From contig NW_021835970.1 in NCBI RefSeq assembly GCF_006345805.1, positions 1 to 64,000 of the forward strand: a stretch of 64,000 bases of DNA. Direction: 5' to 3'. The notes beneath the pieces were generated by a model that had not been told where the DNA came from, searched no databases, and was given only the letters and a program-made list of their open reading frames with translations. Position numbers and translations under genes: made by a program. Source of the stretch: Octopus sinensis (Eukaryota). Positions 59,096 to 64,000 of the stretch are shown in pieces (within the stretch, counting starts at the first letter, position 1; each line of letters begins with the position of its first letter).

Positions 59096-60200
59096 TTATT
59101 AAATTATCTGAAATTTCATTCTGGTAATATTTGAGTTTATTCTTTCGATCTGTTTATATCGCTTATTTGAAATCTTCTCATTTATCTTTATTAATTGAAT
59201 TTTACCTTATTTTTTGATAGAAAGTTCTATTCTTTATATTCTTATGGCAAACTTTTATTTATTTGTTCCCGGATTTGGCGAACTTGTATTTTAGCGCCCT
59301 AAACTCTAAAATGATTCATTTCTACCAAATTTTAATCATTATTGTTATTTTTTTTTCTAGAATTTTTTTTAGACTGACACGAATTTAATTATTGTCATAT
59401 TATTTTTATAAATTATAATGTCACAGGCCTTGGGTGTATCGAACTGATTTAGCCTGCAGAGCACACGAGGTTAAAAAAAATAAAATCCGGACAAATTTTA
59501 AAAATTTACTAATCTAATCTATTGTTTCGTATAGAATCGACTAATAAGTATAGATCACGCGCAGCTCTTATTCGTGACCACGAGTCATAATTTTTGAAGT
59601 CGAAGTCCAGAATGATTTTGGCAGTTTCTTTCAATGACTTCTTTTCGCTGCCAGTTTTTTGCATCATTTCAACGAGTTCTGGACACAAATATGTGTCGAA
59701 GCAGTCAAAATAATTAATGTTAAATTCTAAGCAAGCGAAAAACTGGCTAAGGTCGTCGCCAATTGTGAGTGTGTCCTATAACTATAGACCAAACATATTA
59801 TTACTTTCACACGTTTATCACGCACACAAAAAATATTGAACAGATTGTGCCGTTTGAATGTCTCTTTCATCAAAACAGCCACTCGATCACCCACTTGAAA
59901 GTGTTCTGGCCTGATTTGCTGGTTCGGATTAGAAAATATTAAATCATGTGAAAGTTAAGCTGCTTTGACTGTTTCTCATGAGTTTTCGTGTACGATCCGG
60001 AATCGGAAATGGATCGGACAACGGAAATGTGATGCGTCCACCAAAAAGAGCACCAACATTCGAATATCTCCGGTCGACGGAATGTTAAATCTAAGCAAGC
60101 AAAAAAACTGGCTAAGGGTTGTCGCCAAATATGAGTGTGCTCGCTCTACGGATGGGATTTATAAACAAAATATTAAACAAAACATACATAAGAAATTATT

Positions 60201-60460
60201 TCAAGTACAATGGGCCTTGTTTATCACTTGGTAGTTTTGTAACTCCTCCTTTGTCATCTCTCTCGATCGACCGTGGAGGTCGACAACAAAATTGGTATAG
60301 AAAGTGTGATCATTGATGTAATGCTCGAACCTCTCATAATAACTATTAAATACTGCAGTGATCTAATAAATATAAACGTTCAGATCAAATTACTTGAAAA
60401 AATTCTTTAAATTCAGGATGGTCAATGAAATGGCGATAATCAGAATCATATGGATTTATG
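60201..60460 (-). CDS. Gene B paralogue, 3' exons (copy 2, open)
   Basis: INPYDSDYRHFIDHPEFKEFFQ|31-nt intron at 60363-60393|ITAVFNSYYERFEHYINDHTFYTNFVVDLHGRSREMTKEELQNYQVINKAHCT*. Confidence 0.75.
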
Positions 60461-61079
60461 ATTGTTTTGTATTAAGTTTTCTAAAAATTTGTTCTTGGGC
60501 AAATTTAAATCAGTTGTTAAGAAAAGAAAATTTTATTAAAAATATACAAGTGTCCCAAGACTAATTTGACCCACTGTAAATAATTAAAGGAGGACGCGAC
60601 ACTATAAACATCCTCTGGCTCACTCATTCGTCCACACTACTATTCAAAATGGGTAATGTGGGCTACAAATAAGGGGACAAAGCAAACGTTTGCTAAAGAA
60701 TAGTTATCTTCCAAGTCAGAATCGTCTTCTTCTGGTTCCGAATTCACAAACCTCTCGGGATCCACAGCCAACCAGTTCAACTAAACATTACAACAGCACA
60801 TACTCGACTACGAGTGGACACACACTTCCAGCGCCCAGGCCAGAACACTTTCAAGTGGGTGATCGAACCCACTTAAATCAGTTGATTCAAAATATTCACC
60901 ACCATAAACAGGAAGCATTGATTGCATCGCTCTTTATTTATTAAATATTAAATAACATCCGACATAACCCGATCTTATTAACAAATTTAAATACTTTAAA
61001 AAATATACCTTTATTTTAGTATGTATCAATGTGCTTATTTAGGGCACTTTTACGTGTTTTTTTATTATTGTGAGCCTAC

Positions 61080-61600
61080 ATTTGTCAAACTGATTTTATC
61101 GGTTCGGCTTTTACCCAGCGTACTGGGCTTTTTGTCTGTGGGCTCTTCGCAGCCCTAAGACTGCTGTGCTGCTTTGGCAGACGGACATCACCGTCACGCA
61201 AGTGCGCCAGTGTTCTTGCAATTAATGCAAGTTTTTGCAGCTGGGACACTCGGTTTCGGCTTGGAACTCGGGCAGTTTTGGTGCCTGTGTTCTTTACCGC
61301 AGAGGAGGACAACGGAGTTTTCTGAGCATTCTGTAGGACGTATGTCCAAAATGATTGCAAACGGAAACATCTCGTTGCTGAGGGCTTGTGCAATCGCAGC
61401 GGATATGGCTGAAGCCCGCAGTATTCCAAAGCGGACGAAGCAGCATCCTATGGCGAACTGAATTTTAGAATGAAGGTGCCGGACTTCTGTAAGGTTATCC
61501 GGGCTTTGGAAGCAGTTGAGACTTGGATAGGAGGTTTAAACTCTTGATCTTTCCAAGTGCGAGTTTACGATAGTCAGAGAATATGTGAGGTTTGAGCTGT
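61080..61600 (-). pseudogene. LINE ORF1 (gag-like) remnant with three degenerate CCHC knuckles
   Basis: After frameshift correction: RCFRCNHFGHTSYRC...CGKEHRHQNC...CINCKNTG. Confidence 0.7.
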
Positions 61601-62309
61601 TAACCTCAGTAGTCGTCTGATAAAATGGGTCTCACTGTGTTTTTGAGCCACAGTAGGGTTCGGATGTTTGGTGGGTTATTCAGCTTGATGGGTTCGCAAA
61701 AAAGCTGTGGCTTTCCGCTGTTCGTCTTTGAACTTTGGAGCAAGCTTTGATTGATAAAAAAATTTTGTTTATTCTTGACCATTTTTTCTTCTTTCTTGAC
61801 TATGCAATGGATTTTCACAGCAATTTGAATTTTCCGAATTTTTCGAGGAATGCCAAAAAGTATCATTCCGAAAATTTTGGTTTATTCCCTCGTCATTTTA
61901 AAAATAAAATTAAATATTTTTAAAATAATATTTTATTAGCACCATTAAATAATAGGAACTATTTCTTAAATTGATGAATTTTGCGAGATTACAGACTAAA
62001 TTACTAGTGTACTAATTAAAGAAAAAACAGAGAACGATCAGATCCCGGTTCAAAGAATAGCTGCGCGTTGCCGCGCATGAAAACGTTTCCGGACTAAAGT
62101 GGAAGTGAATTATGAATTTGAATTTTATGACTGTGTCAAGAAAAAACCCACCCTTTGCATTCGAGATCTGGAATATTAAGTTGTATTTAAGCGTTATTTA
62201 GCAAATTAACTCCAAGATGACATTGAAAAAACTGCATCACAATTAACAGAGCTTGGTTCACTTCTTTGGTTGTACAGATCTTTTGTCATACTATATTGGT
62301 CAAACTATT

Positions 62310-63050
62310 TATTAAACAGAACGAAAATGATTATCACAATCTAAAGCTACTGATGATCGAGAAGACGTTAACCCTCAGGATCGCAATGGATATTCTTGGA
62401 AACAACCATTGCTTCTCCCGAGGCTTTCTCCGTCTTCGAGATCAGATTTCCGATTTTCCCGACGAGTTCGAACGATTTTTGGCTCATGACCCCTGAGGTC
62501 TCTACGGATATTGAGGAGAAGATGAAGTTGTCCAACAGGTTGGAATATTTCTGAACTTTATATACCTCAGCCTTCTCAGCGGCCGACCCTGGACTGAAAC
62601 GGAGTCAACTATATTGGTCTTTGAGAAGGTGTCTGTGCACTTGGAGTCCCACGCGAGGCATTTCCCATTACTCCACGGAAAAATGGTGACTCCATCTGGG
62701 CGTTAACCGTCTCCACGGTCAAGCCCAACGGGTTCCAGTTCTGTCGGGAATCCAGCTGCTTGTAACGCAGCCGAAATAGTCTCGTTGATAGCGGAGTGTC
62801 TGGGAGCACGGCCAGCACTCCTTCTGCATGACAGGGGATGTAGTCCTTTGGTATCGACTTTACTACCACATCGGCATTGGCCCCCCGAACAGACTTTAAG
62901 TCCCAAGCGTATTGCTACGCCAATCCTCACACAGTCATTATCGAGAAAGGTTCCAGATTGGGAGCAAGGGAGGGCATTAAGCCACGCCCCACTTTCAGGT
63001 CTGGCAGCGGCACCGAAACAAGCGAGGCGATGCTGATCCAATGTGGGTCT
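62310..63050 (-). mobile_element. CRE family F 3' portion (CCHC plus RLE)
   Basis: SGAWLNALP...CRCGSKVDTKGLHPLSC...RH...RPDG. The 3' part is the reverse complement of 58280-58540. Confidence 0.88.
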
Positions 63051-63399
63051 GATTGCTTCAATTTTAGCTTTCTGAAGATATCATCTCATTCCCATTGGCG
63101 TGAAATGTTAGATGGAATGGCCAATCCAAAAAAATTAAATGTTTTCTATGAAATTTTATTATTTCATCTGACTATAAACAGACAAATACGTGGTGAAATA
63201 CAACATACTATACAGCAACTGTTCTAAAGGCAATAATTTTACGCAAAATGAATGGCCCACTTTTTACTCGAGTTCAGATTTTATGCGGAGGCTAATAACT
63301 TCCAAATTGAGCATGATGAGCTGAAACCTTTTGGGTCGGGTTGCCATCAAATACGACAGGTTTTGTTACATTCATCGGAGATCTTCTTACTGGCCAAGT

Positions 63400-63910
63400 A
63401 ATGAAGAACTGGAGAAGTATCTATCCCTCTGGGATTTAAAGTGAAATGCTTCATGAAGGATGGAATAAAATTTATCAATAGCAAAGCTGACTATCCTCTT
63501 GAGAGGTGAGGCAAACTCATTAATCCGACTGATAACAAACATTAACTTCAGAAAAATTGACTGCGAATGGTTTTGTTGTTACAAATGTTGTTATAAATGC
63601 CAATCCTACGGGCATATAGCACGTTATTGCTATGCAGAAATAAGATACTTTACTTGTGGCGGTTCTCATCATAGAAAATAATGCCCAAATCCAAGAGGAA
63701 GCACAAAACTCTGTATCAATTGTAAATCATCAGAACATTGGGCTACATACGGAGGCTGCCCCTTAGCGAAAAACAACAAAACTACAGAAGCCAATCCGCC
63801 TTCTGATTCCAGATTGTACACGGTCTCTAAGAAAGTCCAAAGTGTGACCTCAGCTTGGAAAAAACAGCAAATTGTAATTAACCGAGAAAGAGAAAGTGAC
63901 AGGAATTAAA
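63400..63910 (+). pseudogene. LINE ORF1 (gag-like) remnant with three CCHC knuckles
   Basis: CYKCQSYGHIARYC...TCGGSHHRK*C...CINCKSSEHWATYGGCP. Confidence 0.75.
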
Positions 63911-64000
63911 GACGGTGATAGGACGAGACTGATGTCAAGGCAACTGAACTCTTCTGAGCTTGCGTCCAATTCATCTGTCGTGAGCCAGAGTTAATATTGG

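Noticed and set aside
59820-60960. LTR/Gypsy integrase C-terminus (RPEHFQVGDR, shared between about 59880 minus and 60840 plus)
   Set aside because: Only a ~30-bp match and a short motif; too little to call an element.
1-64000. Whole mosaic as MDA or foldback chimeras
   Set aside because: Many duplicated blocks differ by substitutions and by independent TSD-flanked insertions, which amplification artefacts do not produce. The near-identical 3.64-kb array and the 1-bp indels could still be partly technical.

Overview
AT-rich eukaryotic DNA, apparently in the standard genetic code, with ultrashort (26-31 nt) GT-AG introns. The host cannot be named from sequence alone. The window is a decaying, rearranged cluster of divergent core-histone genes: H2B x2, H3 x2, H2A, a 5' half of H4 and about 10 H3 N-tail fragments. 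It is heavily invaded by mobile elements: two Jockey/I-like LINE families (here LINE-A and LINE-B/B'), at least six CRE-like RLE retrotransposon families (one near full length with an N-terminal PHD finger), R4/Dong-like and RTE-like fragments, and Tc1, hAT, MULE and Ginger-like DNA transposons. Positions 2737-18500 hold about 4.3 head-to-tail copies of a 3.64-kb chimeric unit, and there are several large inverted duplications. The main signal is that every LINE-A or LINE-B 3' end in the window sits in sense orientation 7-56 nt upstream of a histone ATG (H2B, H4, H2A, H3, H3-tail). One case has a clean 19-bp target-site duplication, which suggests retrotransposons targeted to histone-gene 5' ends. 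Many frameshifts are 1-bp indels that differ between near-identical copies and may be sequencing or consensus errors. All family assignments come from motif recognition by eye, not from database searches.
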